This document shows, piece by piece, positions 19,909 through 30,564 of a stretch of DNA of 64,000 nucleotides; the stretch's first letter is position 1, and each line of letters begins with the position of its first letter. The translations under genes were made by a program, and so were the position numbers. The stretch comes from Thermotogota bacterium. Lineage in GTDB: Bacteria > Hydrothermota > Hydrothermia > LBFQ01. The stretch lies in assembly GCA_013154295.1 (NCBI GenBank), contig JAADCS010000139.1:7107-71106 (forward strand). Reading direction: 5' to 3'. The notes under the pieces are model-generated. The model saw only the letters and a list, made by a program, of their open reading frames with translations. It did no database searches and had not been told where the DNA came from.

Positions 19909-20133
19909 TCTATCGGAGTGATGCTTGCCTCTTCGCATCACAATTTCAATGATACGTGGCTAATATGGTTATATACACAAATTATGGGAATTCTGGCAAA
20001 ATTAAGCCGATAACCGCATAAATTCTCAAAAACGGCAATATTTTACCAAAATTTTTCAACCAAGATTACCACATGTATGATAGTGAATGGAGAACCATGG
20101 GTGTCAGAAGGGTAGAAAAGATAGCGTAAGTGT

Positions 20134-21117
20134 TTATACTGCAAAACCTTCAAGAAAATTCAGAAGGTATACAAAATCGTCCGGAAGTGGTGCCACAAAC
20201 TCAAACCTTTTACCACTTCTGGGATGACGTAGTTTTAACTTCCAAGCATGGAGAGCCTGACGATCTATAAGGGATAGGATTTTCTCAACGGGAGCCACTT
20301 TACCTTTAAGGACCCTAGTTATGCTACCTAAATCCCTTCCTGAATATACCGGATCTCCAACAACCGGATGTCCCAGATACTCCATGTGTACCCTTATCTG
20401 GTGCGTTCTTCCTGTACGCAGAGAGACTTCCAGGAGAGTGGCAAAGCCGAATCTCTTGAGAGGCCGGTAGTCGGTTGTAGAGGGCTTGGCGTTTATCACG
20501 GTGATAGCCATCCTCTCCCTGTAAATGGGATGTCGTCCTATCGGAGCCTCCACGGTGCCCGACCTCTCCACATCACCCCATACCACCGTTAGATATATTC
20601 TCTTGGCCTCTTTGGCAGCTATCTGGCGGGCTAACTCTCTAACGGCCAACTCCGACTTACCTATCACCATGACACCTGACGTATCTTTGTCAAGACGATG
20701 CACTATGCCCGGTCTTCGACGTTCGGCTCCGGGCGCATTTAGAAGTTTATGATAGAGAAAATTTACGACCGTACCGGTGAAATGACCCTTGGCGGGATGG
20801 ACCACCATACCGGGGGGCTTGTTTATCACTACCATGTCCCCATCCTCGTAGAGTATTTCCAGCTCACCCTCCTGGGGAACTATCTCGGTGGGAGTTTCCA
20901 TAATTTCGAATTCCGCTTCCACATAATCGCCTGCCTTCACTTTGTAGCTGGCCCTTACCTTACGACCGTTGACCAAAACCTTTCCCTCCTTTATAGCTCG
21001 TTGTATCTGGGTTCGGGAAAAGCCGGTTCCGCTGACGAATATGTAGGTATCCAATCTCAAACCGGCACTCTTCGGGGTAACGCGCCGTTTGAAAAGACGA
21101 ACTTTTCTTTCACCCAA
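20134..21117 (-). CDS. rluD: RluA/RluD-family 23S rRNA pseudouridine synthase
   Basis: S4 domain RLDTY...SRTQIQ, NKPPGMVVHP, GIVHRLDKDTSG, TGRTHQIRVH, RQALHA. Confidence 0.9.
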   Translation of the reverse strand: MGERKVRLFKRRVTPKSAGLRLDTYIFVSGTGFSRTQIQRAIKEGKVLVNGRKVRASYKVKAGDYVEAEFEIMETPTEIVPQEGELEILYEDGDMVVINKPPGMVVHPAKGHFTGTVVNFLYHKLLNAPGAERRRPGIVHRLDKDTSGVMVIGKSELAVRELARQIAAKEAKRIYLTVVWGDVERSGTVEAPIGRHPIYRERMAITVINAKPSTTDYRPLKRFGFATLLEVSLRTGRTHQIRVHMEYLGHPVVGDPVYSGRDLGSITRVLKGKVAPVEKILSLIDRQALHAWKLKLRHPRSGKRFEFVAPLPDDFVYLLNFLEGFAV

Positions 21118-21185
21118 CGCTAACTCTCTCCTTTTAAGCGGTACGTGATCGCCATTTCACCCACACAATACGGATTCTAAGGCAG

Positions 21186-22217
21186 TTATCTTACGTATTT
21201 CGCTTCCACACTCCGACCCTCGTGCCGGATTATACGCAGTTCTTTTACCCGTCTCAGATCCGATAGGACGGACTCTGGACTTCCTTTAACCATGATCTCA
21301 AGTATCAGATAGTTTCCCTCAACTCCTCGTTCCCTTAGTGCCTTCAGACCACGGATCCCACGGTATAAACTCTCCTTCAGGGATTGAACCTTGGAAGGAG
21401 GTACTCCCAAAACCTTCAGATGTACTACCACCAGTCCCTCACGCCAACGATCTATGAGGGCATCCGTCAGTTTCTCAACGGCCTCGGAGACGGCCCGTTT
21501 TTTGGTTTCCAGTTCATCGAAGGGCAGCTTACGACGTACAAAGGTGCTGGCCAGAACTTCACCGGTTGCCGTCTCAATTGCCCTCAATCTTAACCTGACC
21601 TCGTATACCCTCTTTCCCTCGTAGCTTTCCTCTTCAACCTGAGAGCTACCTACTATATAGACTTCGGCTCCGTTCCTAAGGGCTATCAAGCGTGCCAGCT
21701 TTTTATTGCCGGAGATAGCCAATCGCAATGAATCTTTGGAGATGTTCTTGGATAAGGTAGTGTAATCTACCACGGGGAATTTCATCTTCAGAAGTTCTTC
21801 CTCCACCATAGCGCGCATATCCTCATCTTCCATAAAGACAACTACGCGGGGCCTTCCCACCTGTTCTACGAGCAAACCCAAGGCCTCCAGATCGCGCTTT
21901 ATATCACCTAACTTAACTTTGGCCGAGAGCAAAACCCTGTAAAGTCCATCCTCGGCTTTCTCCCGTAGGATGCGATAGGAGAGGACGTATCCTTTTGACT
22001 TGGTGTATATCCTATCTTTCAGGACTTCGTAGTTTTCAACCACCGTCTCGGACGAAAGAAACACTCCCACACCTTGTTCTACAGCCTTACGCAGAGCATC
22101 CTCTATGGCCCTATCCCTCGCTATATCTTTGCGTCCTTTTTCGTAGGAGGCGACGCCCTCTACCATCACCTCCTTAACGGTGGAACTGTCGGCCAGAACG
22201 AGCGCGAGCAACAGCAT
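21186..22217 (-). CDS. Periplasmic protein with FlgT N-terminal-like domain
   Basis: ARDRAIEDALRKAVEQGVGVFLSSETVVENY; start pinned by TAAAAT 7 nt upstream (MLLLALVLA). Confidence 0.7.
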   Translation of the reverse strand: MLLLALVLADSSTVKEVMVEGVASYEKGRKDIARDRAIEDALRKAVEQGVGVFLSSETVVENYEVLKDRIYTKSKGYVLSYRILREKAEDGLYRVLLSAKVKLGDIKRDLEALGLLVEQVGRPRVVVFMEDEDMRAMVEEELLKMKFPVVDYTTLSKNISKDSLRLAISGNKKLARLIALRNGAEVYIVGSSQVEEESYEGKRVYEVRLRLRAIETATGEVLASTFVRRKLPFDELETKKRAVSEAVEKLTDALIDRWREGLVVVHLKVLGVPPSKVQSLKESLYRGIRGLKALRERGVEGNYLILEIMVKGSPESVLSDLRRVKELRIIRHEGRSVEAKYVR

Positions 22218-22289
22218 AGATGTAATTTTAATCCCGAAGAGGTACCACGTGTGGTTTTTAAACACACACCTCCCTTAGAATGAACATCT

Positions 22290-23825
22290 ATGGGACGTTT
22301 GAGGATGGTGTTACTTTTGATAACAGCCTTCGTGTTGGGTATTTCCTTCGGTTATGGTCTGACTCTGTTTGCGCAGAACACCAAAGAGAAAAGTTCCTTA
22401 AACTTCAGCCAGATGACCGACGTTCTGATCTCCACCCTGAATACCATACGTAAGTACTACGTTGTGGAGGTTAAATCTACCAAACTTCTGGAAAACGCCG
22501 CCAAAGGTATGGTGCGGCTTTCTTTGGACGCCCACTCGGATCTTCTAACTCCGGAGGAAACCAAGAGACTCATGGAAAGTACGGAGGGATCCTACGAAGG
22601 TGTAGGTATGACCATCGGTGAGAGAGATGGCTTTGTGGTCGTTATATCACCCTTTGAGGGCACTCCAGCATGGAGGGCCGGTCTCAAGCCGGGTGATCGT
22701 ATAATCCGCATAAACGACACCTCTACCATCGGTTGGAAGGTGGATAAAGTTTCCAAACATTTGAGAGGGCCCAGGGGGACCAAGGTGAAGGTGACGGTCT
22801 ATCGTCCGGCCATAAATGATACCTTAACTTTTATTATAACCCGTGACCGTATAGTTTTAAAGGCGGTTCCTTTTTATGGAATGTTCGACGGTGTGGGCTA
22901 CGTAAAACTGAACTCCTTCCAGGAGGATGCGGCCGATAAAGTACATGAGGCCCTTTTAAAGCTTAAAAAAGAAGGAGCCAAATCCGTAGTGCTTGACCTT
23001 AGGGGTAACCCTGGGGGACTTTTGAGACAGGCGTTTTTGATAGGAGGTTTCTTTTTAGGTGAGGGGAAGTTGGTGGTATATACCGAGGGCAGGATACCGG
23101 ACAGTAAGGAAAGATTCTACAGTGAGGGAGATATGGTCTTCCCAGAAGATGTTCCAGTGATAGTCCTTATAGACAGGGGGTCGGCAAGTGCCTCCGAAAT
23201 AGTTTCCGGCGCCCTTCAGGACTGGGACAGGGCTTTGATAGTGGGAGATACCAGCTTCGGTAAAGGTACCGTTCAGAGGATCTTTGCTCTCCCCCACGAC
23301 TATACCCTACGTCTCACCGTGGCCCGGTACCATACACCGTCGGGTCGCTCCATTCACAAGGGTAAGTTAGGGGACATTGAAAAGGATACCAACACTTACT
23401 TCACCAAGATTCTCAAAAGACCTATAAAGGGTGGAGGTGGTATAGCGCCGGATGTGTACATAAAGCCTCACATATTGCCACGGCTCGTTCAAAAGGCCGA
23501 GGCTAAAGGGATTATCTCCAACTGGGCCACCAAATATACGAGCGCACATCGCAAACCTAAAGATCCTGAAGGTATAAAACTCACCGATGCCGACCTTGAG
23601 GACTTTAAAAAAGAGCTGCGCAAAGCTAAAATAGAGTTCTCAGACTGCCGTTTTGAGGAGGCTAAGGAGGACTTCCGTAAGCTTCTGCTCACGGAGATAG
23701 CATACCAGTACTTCGGCGAGAAGGGTAGGTATCGCATACTTCTTAGGTACGACCCCGCTTTCAAAAAGTCGTTGGACATACTGAAGAAGGCGAAGAGAAC
23801 GGAGGATTTGTTCAAGTTGAAGTGA
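22290..23825 (+). CDS. ctpA: S41 C-terminal processing peptidase
   Basis: PDZ (GTPAWRAGLKPGDRI), DLRGNPGG, SASASEIVSGALQD, SFGKGTVQ, YHTPSGRSI. Confidence 0.92.
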   Translation: MGRLRMVLLLITAFVLGISFGYGLTLFAQNTKEKSSLNFSQMTDVLISTLNTIRKYYVVEVKSTKLLENAAKGMVRLSLDAHSDLLTPEETKRLMESTEGSYEGVGMTIGERDGFVVVISPFEGTPAWRAGLKPGDRIIRINDTSTIGWKVDKVSKHLRGPRGTKVKVTVYRPAINDTLTFIITRDRIVLKAVPFYGMFDGVGYVKLNSFQEDAADKVHEALLKLKKEGAKSVVLDLRGNPGGLLRQAFLIGGFFLGEGKLVVYTEGRIPDSKERFYSEGDMVFPEDVPVIVLIDRGSASASEIVSGALQDWDRALIVGDTSFGKGTVQRIFALPHDYTLRLTVARYHTPSGRSIHKGKLGDIEKDTNTYFTKILKRPIKGGGGIAPDVYIKPHILPRLVQKAEAKGIISNWATKYTSAHRKPKDPEGIKLTDADLEDFKKELRKAKIEFSDCRFEEAKEDFRKLLLTEIAYQYFGEKGRYRILLRYDPAFKKSLDILKKAKRTEDLFKLK

Positions 23826-23845
23826 GACGACCGTAAAATTTGAAG

Positions 23846-25276
23846 ATGTTGTTTCTCTTGGGTTGGGTTGTGCGCATAGATGGTGGGAGTGATGACAGAT
23901 GTTACGGGGTTCTTCTGGCCCCCGATGGCAACCCCGTCGTCTTTGGCAACTACGCCAATTCTGTCTATGCAGCGAAACTCTTAGCGTCCGATGGTGCGTT
24001 CTCGTGGCAATATATCTTCGCTTTTCCCGGTGATGGTAGATCCAATGCCAAAGCTGGCTTCTGGGATCCCACCGATTCATCGCTGGTGCTGGGTGGCACC
24101 GCCTATCCCTATTCCGGTGACGATCAGGCCTGTGGTTTTGTGGCCAAGATCCGCGGCGGCACCACCCTTTGGATGTATGTAGATTCCGCCGATGGATGCA
24201 GCCGGCGAGAGGGATTTTCAGGTGTAACACGTGGATCTGACGGTCAATACTACGCCTATGGCACGGATTACGAAACCTACAGCGCGGATTTCTTCACACC
24301 AAGCCGACGTTTCGTACTCAAGTTAGATAGAAATACCGGTTTAAAACTGTGGAGATACCAACCCGGTGGTTATTCCTATACAGCCGCCGCATCCTCCGAT
24401 GACGGAGTCGTGGCCGTAGGCTTCGGTGCTGAAGGGGAAGCTCAAAAGGTGGGGTTGGATGGGGGAGAGATCTGGACTATAACTCCTCGTGACGCTAAGT
24501 TTTGGAATGTGGCCGTGGCCTCCACGGGACATCCGGTGGTTGTGGGACGACGCGATGGAGATTTCTACGTAGCTCAACTTCAACGGGAGAGCGGAGGGAT
24601 CCGATGGGAAAGGTACTTTAACGGATCGGCTAACGATGATGAGAGCGCCCTACGTGTTATAGCGGTTGGAGAACACATCTACGCAGCAGGCTATCTGGAT
24701 AACGGTATAAACGACCTGGACGGATTTTTGGTGAAGTTAGATACGTTAGGGAACATCCTATGGAGTTTCACTTATAACTCACCGTACAACTACGAAGACA
24801 GCTTAAGCTCCCTGGCCTTCGGTGATGGGACTTTGGTTGTGGGAGGCTCCTCTAAAGGATGGGGAACAGGTTGGGACATACTGCTCTTCCTGGCGGATAC
24901 CTCCTCCGGTGACACTCTATGGAGTTACAGATACGATTCCCCGTATGCTCTGGACGATTTTTTGGCGGGGATGGCGATTGGGAACGGGAAGATCTTCCTT
25001 TGTGGGACCTCCTACTCATCCCCAACTAACCGGGATATAGTGGTTGTGGGTATGGACCTCCCGACGTTAGTCAACGAGAACTCACGTCACGTTCCCTTCT
25101 TTGAAGTTAGAGGAAATAGGGTTATGGTAGAATTCACAGGTAGGGTTGAAGTTTTTGATCCATCCGGACGATCGTTTTGGAGAGGAGTTTCGAACGGCCG
25201 TTTGGAGTTAAAACTCCGTCGTGGAGTGTGGTTCATCAGGATTGAGGGAAGAACCTATAAGCTCCTTATACGGTAG
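23846..25276 (+). CDS. Secreted beta-propeller repeat protein with T9SS-like CTD
   Basis: Repeats such as KLDxxGNILWSFTYNSPYNYED and DGDFYVAQL; CTD VFDPSGRSF...LRRGVWFIRI...KLLIR; TAAAAT 6 nt before ATG. Confidence 0.7.
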   Translation: MLFLLGWVVRIDGGSDDRCYGVLLAPDGNPVVFGNYANSVYAAKLLASDGAFSWQYIFAFPGDGRSNAKAGFWDPTDSSLVLGGTAYPYSGDDQACGFVAKIRGGTTLWMYVDSADGCSRREGFSGVTRGSDGQYYAYGTDYETYSADFFTPSRRFVLKLDRNTGLKLWRYQPGGYSYTAAASSDDGVVAVGFGAEGEAQKVGLDGGEIWTITPRDAKFWNVAVASTGHPVVVGRRDGDFYVAQLQRESGGIRWERYFNGSANDDESALRVIAVGEHIYAAGYLDNGINDLDGFLVKLDTLGNILWSFTYNSPYNYEDSLSSLAFGDGTLVVGGSSKGWGTGWDILLFLADTSSGDTLWSYRYDSPYALDDFLAGMAIGNGKIFLCGTSYSSPTNRDIVVVGMDLPTLVNENSRHVPFFEVRGNRVMVEFTGRVEVFDPSGRSFWRGVSNGRLELKLRRGVWFIRIEGRTYKLLIR

Positions 25277-25859
25277 TTTCGGTGGGGATTTTGAAGGGTC
25301 TCCCTATTCCTAAGGGTCGGTGAGAGGTCACTATGATAGTACGCCCTTTCCTATGGAGTTCCAGCAGGCTACTTTTCAGCTTCCGGGTTGTTTCCTCATC
25401 GAGGTGTGAAAAAGGTTCATCAAGGGCCAAAACCGGCGCAGCGGACGAAAGGATCCTCACTAACTGTACCTTTCTGTTCTGCCCCGACGATAGGGATTTG
25501 AGGGGACGATCCAAGAGGGCGTTTATGTTGTAGTAGCGTGCCCACTCGCCCCATACCGAAGTTAGGGATAACGATAGGTATCTCCTTACAGTTATGTCCC
25601 CCCTAAGGATCTCCGCAAACATCACCGAGACGTATCGGACCCGCTCTATCGGTTTAAGCATCAGGATGTTCCTATTGAAAACTTTTATTTCCCCTCGGAC
25701 ACTAACAGCTCCTACCAAGGCTTTCAGTATGGTCGTCTTGCCTACCCCGTTGTCACCGTACAGGTTGAGTATTTCACCCACATCTATACGCAGATTCAAA
25801 CCCTCTACCACAGGAGATGTGTAGCCCACGCTACACTTTACGAATTCCACCGCCTTCAT
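25266..25859 (-). CDS. ABC transporter ATP-binding protein (orphan)
   Basis: GDNGVGKTT, LSSGQ, LDEPFSHLD, TSH. Confidence 0.85.
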   Translation of the reverse strand: MKAVEFVKCSVGYTSPVVEGLNLRIDVGEILNLYGDNGVGKTTILKALVGAVSVRGEIKVFNRNILMLKPIERVRYVSVMFAEILRGDITVRRYLSLSLTSVWGEWARYYNINALLDRPLKSLSSGQNRKVQLVRILSSAAPVLALDEPFSHLDEETTRKLKSSLLELHRKGRTIIVTSHRPLGIGRPFKIPTETTV

Positions 25860-26986
25860 ATTTTCTTCCTTCTGTTGATCACGTCTACATAGTACTCGGC
25901 GACCTTTTTAGCTATCTTATCCCACGAATGTTCTTGAGCGGTCTTTAAGCCGCCCTCAATTAATCTTCTGCGGAGATCGGCATCCTTTAAAACCTTTATG
26001 ACCTTCGCGGCCAAGTCCTTTTCATCTCCCACCTTACATAGCAACCCGTTCTTACCATCATCTATAACCAAAGAGTAACCTTCGTTCTTGGCCGCTACTA
26101 CTGGCGTACCCGTGGCCATGGCTTCCAAAAGCACCAAACCGAAACTCTCTGACCCCGTTGCCGGAGAGATGAACACCTCCGAGGATCTGTAATAGCGGGG
26201 AAGCAGGCTGGCCGGAACCTTACCTACGAACAGTACTCTATCCTCAACCCCAGGTGGCACCATACCCTTGTACCACCCAAGGAGAGGTCCATCCCCAACG
26301 ACCACCAAACGGGCGTCGGGTATCTCCTTTAGGATGTGGGGTAAGGAGAGAATGGCATACTTTAAACCTTTCCTCGGCTCTGGACGACCTACGAATAGGA
26401 TGTTCCTGTAGCCCTTCAGTTCGGGTAAGGGTTCCAAGTCCGGTCTAAAACGGTTTAGATCAACACCGTTGGGTATTATCCGGTACTCAATATCAGGAAA
26501 GATATCCAAAATTGGTTTTATGGCAGCTTTTGAAACGGCGATACGGCCGTGTAGTTTGTTAAAGTAGTCACGTACGTACGGTTTAAAGAGTTTATAGAGG
26601 AACTTCTTTCTGTGAGCGGCGTGGAATGTGATAAAGTTGTAGCCAGTGGAAAACTTCAGGGAGACCATCGGAAGGATGGGGGCTACCTGACCGTGGATAT
26701 GCACTACATCGAACCTCATACGGTTCATAAGTCTCTTCACGTAAGAGTTTATACGAAACGACACGGCTACGGGAGCGATGGATCCATTGAAGAGAATCTT
26801 CACCGGAAAACCTACCCTAAAAACGTACGGAGGGTCCTCAAACTCCACTCCTCCCCTGAAGTTGGTGGTCAGAATATAGCTCTCCCATCCCAAGCGCCTT
26901 AGGTGCTTAGCAAGTTGATGTACATGTTCGGAGATCCCTCCCGGATACGGATAGTAAACGTCCGAAACCAAAAGAACTTTTTTCAT
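25856..26986 (-). CDS. Glycosyltransferase family 4 (PimA-like)
   Basis: YPYPGGISEHV, IIPNGVD, FVGRPEPRKG, ESFGLVLLEAMA. Confidence 0.9.
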   Translation of the reverse strand: MKKVLLVSDVYYPYPGGISEHVHQLAKHLRRLGWESYILTTNFRGGVEFEDPPYVFRVGFPVKILFNGSIAPVAVSFRINSYVKRLMNRMRFDVVHIHGQVAPILPMVSLKFSTGYNFITFHAAHRKKFLYKLFKPYVRDYFNKLHGRIAVSKAAIKPILDIFPDIEYRIIPNGVDLNRFRPDLEPLPELKGYRNILFVGRPEPRKGLKYAILSLPHILKEIPDARLVVVGDGPLLGWYKGMVPPGVEDRVLFVGKVPASLLPRYYRSSEVFISPATGSESFGLVLLEAMATGTPVVAAKNEGYSLVIDDGKNGLLCKVGDEKDLAAKVIKVLKDADLRRRLIEGGLKTAQEHSWDKIAKKVAEYYVDVINRRKKI

Positions 26987-28056
26987 GGTAGCACATCCCC
27001 TCGGAGTGATTCTAAGATCTTCCCGATCGTGGTTTCACGCAGACGATCGAACGCGGTGAAGAGCGTAAGCATCAAAGCGAAAGCGAATGTGAGACCGATC
27101 ACTATAGTTATGGTGGGTATGACCCTCTTAGGCCAAACCCTCTTCACGGGTCCGGAGGGAGCAAAAACTGGCTGTAACATAGGATTATTTTTGAGTTCCA
27201 TCAGCTTAGCCTTCTCGTACTCTTCGTAAAGCGTAGCATACACCTTACTCTTTATTTCCAGTTCCATCCTGTATCGACTAGCTCTGCGTATCGCCCGTGG
27301 TAGGGTTTGAAACTGCCGATCGATTTCCTTACGTAATATTTCAGCTTCTTGACGGGCACGGACTACATCGGGTACATCCTCAGAGAACATGCCACGGAGA
27401 ATGATATACTCGGTTTCCTTCTTTGCAGCCATCTCTAGAAGGCTGCTAAGAGCTGGTCCCAAGATCTCCTCTGGTGCCACGGCCAATATATGGCTTTCTC
27501 TCTCAAGGCTTTCTATACTGTCCTGTAGTATCTTTATCTCCTTTTCAACGGCGGCCAACCTTCTTTCCAAGAAACGGCGCATCTCTCTTCCTTTGACGTT
27601 GAGAGCCTCGTTGGCTTTCCTGTTTAAAAAGCTCACGTACCACAAGACAAGTTTTGAGGCCGTAGTACTATCGGGATCGTATCCTCTTATAACTATGCTA
27701 GCGCTTGGAAGTACTTCCATCTCTATCTTACTCTCAAGTAGTTTCACCTGTTTGTCTGGATTCTCGGTTTTGAGGATTGAGGAGAGGTTATACTCCCTTA
27801 CGAACTCCCTCTTGAAAGCATCCGATGAGGCCAAGTCTATGAAGATCTGAACCGGCGTGGCCATCAAACCTCTACTTAGTTGGAAAAACATTGTGGTAGG
27901 AGATTGAAGTTGAGAGGCCTCCTCTATGGACGGTACCAGAAGAACCTGGCGCATGTATATCTTCCTGACCAAAAAGGACATCACCCACATCCCCAAGATG
28001 GCGAAAAACAACACTCCGAAAAATATGCCACGTGTCTTCAAATATTTGTCATACAT
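26983..28056 (-). CDS. Wzz/GumC-like polysaccharide chain-length determinant
   Basis: Two terminal TMs, periplasmic coiled coil, Pro-rich PSGPVKRVWPKR motif. Confidence 0.8.
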   Translation of the reverse strand: MYDKYLKTRGIFFGVLFFAILGMWVMSFLVRKIYMRQVLLVPSIEEASQLQSPTTMFFQLSRGLMATPVQIFIDLASSDAFKREFVREYNLSSILKTENPDKQVKLLESKIEMEVLPSASIVIRGYDPDSTTASKLVLWYVSFLNRKANEALNVKGREMRRFLERRLAAVEKEIKILQDSIESLERESHILAVAPEEILGPALSSLLEMAAKKETEYIILRGMFSEDVPDVVRARQEAEILRKEIDRQFQTLPRAIRRASRYRMELEIKSKVYATLYEEYEKAKLMELKNNPMLQPVFAPSGPVKRVWPKRVIPTITIVIGLTFAFALMLTLFTAFDRLRETTIGKILESLRGDVLP

Positions 28057-28059
28057 GGG

Positions 28060-28656
28060 CTAAATTTTGAAGTCCTCTTGGGTTAAGCCCACGTTTATCT
28101 TTAAATTTTTGTATTTTACTGTTCTAACGATGCCCCCTCCGGAGTCGTAGTCGGTTACCATCAGCGGTAGATAGGTAGAAGCATCTATCCAATAACGGGC
28201 ACGAACCGCTCCATAGTTTTTGGTGGGATCAAGAGGCTGTTCAAGTATGAGAACCTTCCTTCCGAAAAGGGTACCCTCCGATACGAATTTAGCCTCGGAG
28301 TTCAAGCGAGAGACGAACCAGGGTATGTGACTTTCGTATATGCGATGCCCTACAGGAGAGCGAAGCCTGCGGTCGTCTGGTGAAAGCCAGAGCTTCAGGG
28401 GTCCCTTTTTGACCCTCACCTTCTTCTTGTCGGGATGATATACGGCTACACCCCCACGGTTAGGGCCCTTTATCACCTTCATGTATATGTAACCGGGTCG
28501 CATATACTTGTGAAGATAGAGCTTGTATTCCATCTTGCCATCCTTATAAGTCTTAGACTCCATCTGGGCCGTATAGTCCTTGAGGTTCTTTTCGGCCTCC
28601 TTTACCTTCGTAACCAGCTCCGGTCCTGTTAAGCTCAAAAGCACCACGTACAGCAT
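28060..28656 (-). CDS. LolA-fold / outer-membrane lipoprotein-sorting-like periplasmic protein
   Basis: LKDYTAQM...RPGYIYMKV...YWIDASTYLPL...YKNLKINVGLTQEDF; start pinned by TAAAAT. Confidence 0.7.
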   Translation of the reverse strand: MLYVVLLSLTGPELVTKVKEAEKNLKDYTAQMESKTYKDGKMEYKLYLHKYMRPGYIYMKVIKGPNRGGVAVYHPDKKKVRVKKGPLKLWLSPDDRRLRSPVGHRIYESHIPWFVSRLNSEAKFVSEGTLFGRKVLILEQPLDPTKNYGAVRARYWIDASTYLPLMVTDYDSGGGIVRTVKYKNLKINVGLTQEDFKI

Positions 28657-28724
28657 AACGAGAATTTTAAAGGTGGAATTGGTTCCCATGCTTGGGAAAG
28701 AGCTTCACTCTTAGAATCCATGGT

Positions 28725-29012
28725 ATGAACGTTTATATGATCATTTTGATGCTCTCGGCATCGGTCTCTCTGTTGGCTTTGGCCGCCGCCGTTTGGTATC
28801 TCGTTATAAGGATATCCTATACTTTAGACAGGATGGCTAACGCCATGGAAAAGATTTCGGATGATGCGGAGGAAACCTTCCAGAACATAAACCGTCTTGC
28901 CCGTCGTGTGGATAACTTGATGGATCCCTTTGAGAGAATGATTCAGAGTATATCTCTACTCTCTGTTGCGGGTCGCTTGTTGGCTATTATCCTTTCTAAA
29001 AGGCGCCGGTAA
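28725..29012 (+). CDS. Small membrane-anchored coiled-coil protein (DUF948-like)
   Basis: N-terminal TM followed by a heptad region; TAGAAT 7 nt before ATG. Confidence 0.6.
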   Translation: MNVYMIILMLSASVSLLALAAAVWYLVIRISYTLDRMANAMEKISDDAEETFQNINRLARRVDNLMDPFERMIQSISLLSVAGRLLAIILSKRRR

Positions 29013-29043
29013 GTAGGGTGGGCCTCCGTATAATAGCGACCCT

Positions 29044-30219
29044 ATGCAGGATTTCTACCTTCTGGATGAGGAGCTGGCGCCGGAGGAGAGACAGATACGG
29101 GATGCCGTTAGGGAACTTGTCAAAAAGGAGATCCTTCCCCACATAGGTGAGTGGTGGATCAAGGGAGAGTTTCCCACCCATCTGATCAAAATATTTGGGG
29201 AGATGGGTCTTTTAGGTATAACCACACCCCCAGAATATGGAGGCCTCGGTTTGAGCAAAAGGGTCTATGGTATCGTAGCAAGAGAGCTGGAGTATGGCGA
29301 CTCCGGTATAAGATCTTTCGTCTCCGTTCAGAATTCGTTGGTGATGTATCCCATTTTAACGTTTGGCTCGGAGGAGCAGAAGAGGAAGTTTCTACCCAAA
29401 CTAGCCAGTGGAGAGTTGGTGGGCTGTTATGGCCTAACCGAGCCGGACGCCGGTTCCGATCCCGGTTCCATGAAAACGCGCGCCCATAGAGTCAGCGGTG
29501 GTTACGTTCTCAACGGCACAAAGATGTGGATCACCAACGGCTCCATATCCGACATCGCCATCGTGTGGGCCAAGGATGATGAAGGCGTGGTTAGAGGTTT
29601 TATAGTTGAGCGGGACTTCAAGGGATTCCGTACGCAGGATATAAAGACCAAGTTATCCTTAAGGGCTTCGGTAACCTCCGAACTTATCTTAGAGGACGTT
29701 TTCGTACCCGACTCCTACGTTCTACCTAAGGCCAAAGGTCTAAAAGCTCCTCTTATGTGTTTAACCCAGGCCCGTTACGGGATAGCGTGGGGAGCCGTCG
29801 GTGTAGGCATGGCCGTTTTGGAGGAAGCGTTGAGTTATTCCAGCGAACGGATCGTGTTCGGAAAGCCTCTAGCGGCCTTTCAGCTTACCCAGGAGAAGTT
29901 GGCAGATATGCTGGCAGACCTCACAAAAATCCAACTCATGGTCTTTCGCCTGGCCGAACTTATGGACTCTGGGAGAGCTACGTTCAGGCACGTTTCCTTA
30001 GCGAAGAGAGAAAGCGTTCGCACGGCTAAAAGGATGGCCGAGAAGGCAAGGGGAATCCTGGGAGCTAACGGAATAACTTATGAGTATCACTCCATGCGCC
30101 ACATGGCAAACATGGAGGCGGTTGAAACCTACGAGGGGACCTATGAGATTCACACTCTCATCTTAGGGGAATATCTAACCGGCATACCAGCCTATCGCTT
30201 GTGCCCGGACGAGAAATAA
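29044..30219 (+). CDS. Acyl-CoA dehydrogenase (glutaryl-CoA DH-like)
   Basis: DSGIRSFVSVQNSL, YGLTEPDAGSDP, GTKMWITNG, KLSLRASVT, ETYEGT. Confidence 0.9.
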   Translation: MQDFYLLDEELAPEERQIRDAVRELVKKEILPHIGEWWIKGEFPTHLIKIFGEMGLLGITTPPEYGGLGLSKRVYGIVARELEYGDSGIRSFVSVQNSLVMYPILTFGSEEQKRKFLPKLASGELVGCYGLTEPDAGSDPGSMKTRAHRVSGGYVLNGTKMWITNGSISDIAIVWAKDDEGVVRGFIVERDFKGFRTQDIKTKLSLRASVTSELILEDVFVPDSYVLPKAKGLKAPLMCLTQARYGIAWGAVGVGMAVLEEALSYSSERIVFGKPLAAFQLTQEKLADMLADLTKIQLMVFRLAELMDSGRATFRHVSLAKRESVRTAKRMAEKARGILGANGITYEYHSMRHMANMEAVETYEGTYEIHTLILGEYLTGIPAYRLCPDEK

Positions 30220-30229
30220 TCCGGGCGAT

Positions 30230-30487
30230 CTATTTGGCTTTAGGAAGGGGGTATTTGCCTTCTTTTCGCCGTTCTTTGTTAAGAGCGTTCCTGATTTGCT
30301 CGGAGTACTCTTCGGTCTTTTTAAGGGACTCTTTGAGCCGTTTCGCCTCCTGCCGTAGTTGGACAGTTTCCTTTCGTAGCTCCGCCACCTCCTTTTCCAA
30401 CTTTTCAAGTCTTTTCACATAGGAGGAAGGCACCGTAGCGCATCCCCAAAAGGAAAGAACTAACCCGAAAACCACTGATCTCCGCAT
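30230..30487 (-). CDS. Small coiled-coil lipoprotein
   Basis: MRRSVVFGLVLSFWGC lipobox-like, then heptads; TAGAAT 7 nt before ATG. Confidence 0.6.
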   Translation of the reverse strand: MRRSVVFGLVLSFWGCATVPSSYVKRLEKLEKEVAELRKETVQLRQEAKRLKESLKKTEEYSEQIRNALNKERRKEGKYPLPKAK

Positions 30488-30564
30488 ACTCCCCATTCTA
30501 AGGGTGCTTTGGGATGCGACTTTGATATAATACGCCTACCTTTTCACCCTTAAAATTGCAACTT

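Noticed and set aside
19708..19952. Short ORFs across the palindromes (WFHLEVEYPHSET etc.; also 60799-61041)
   Set aside because: Differences between copies are non-synonymous, similarity stops at the palindrome edges, and there are no convincing start signals; the conservation is at DNA level.
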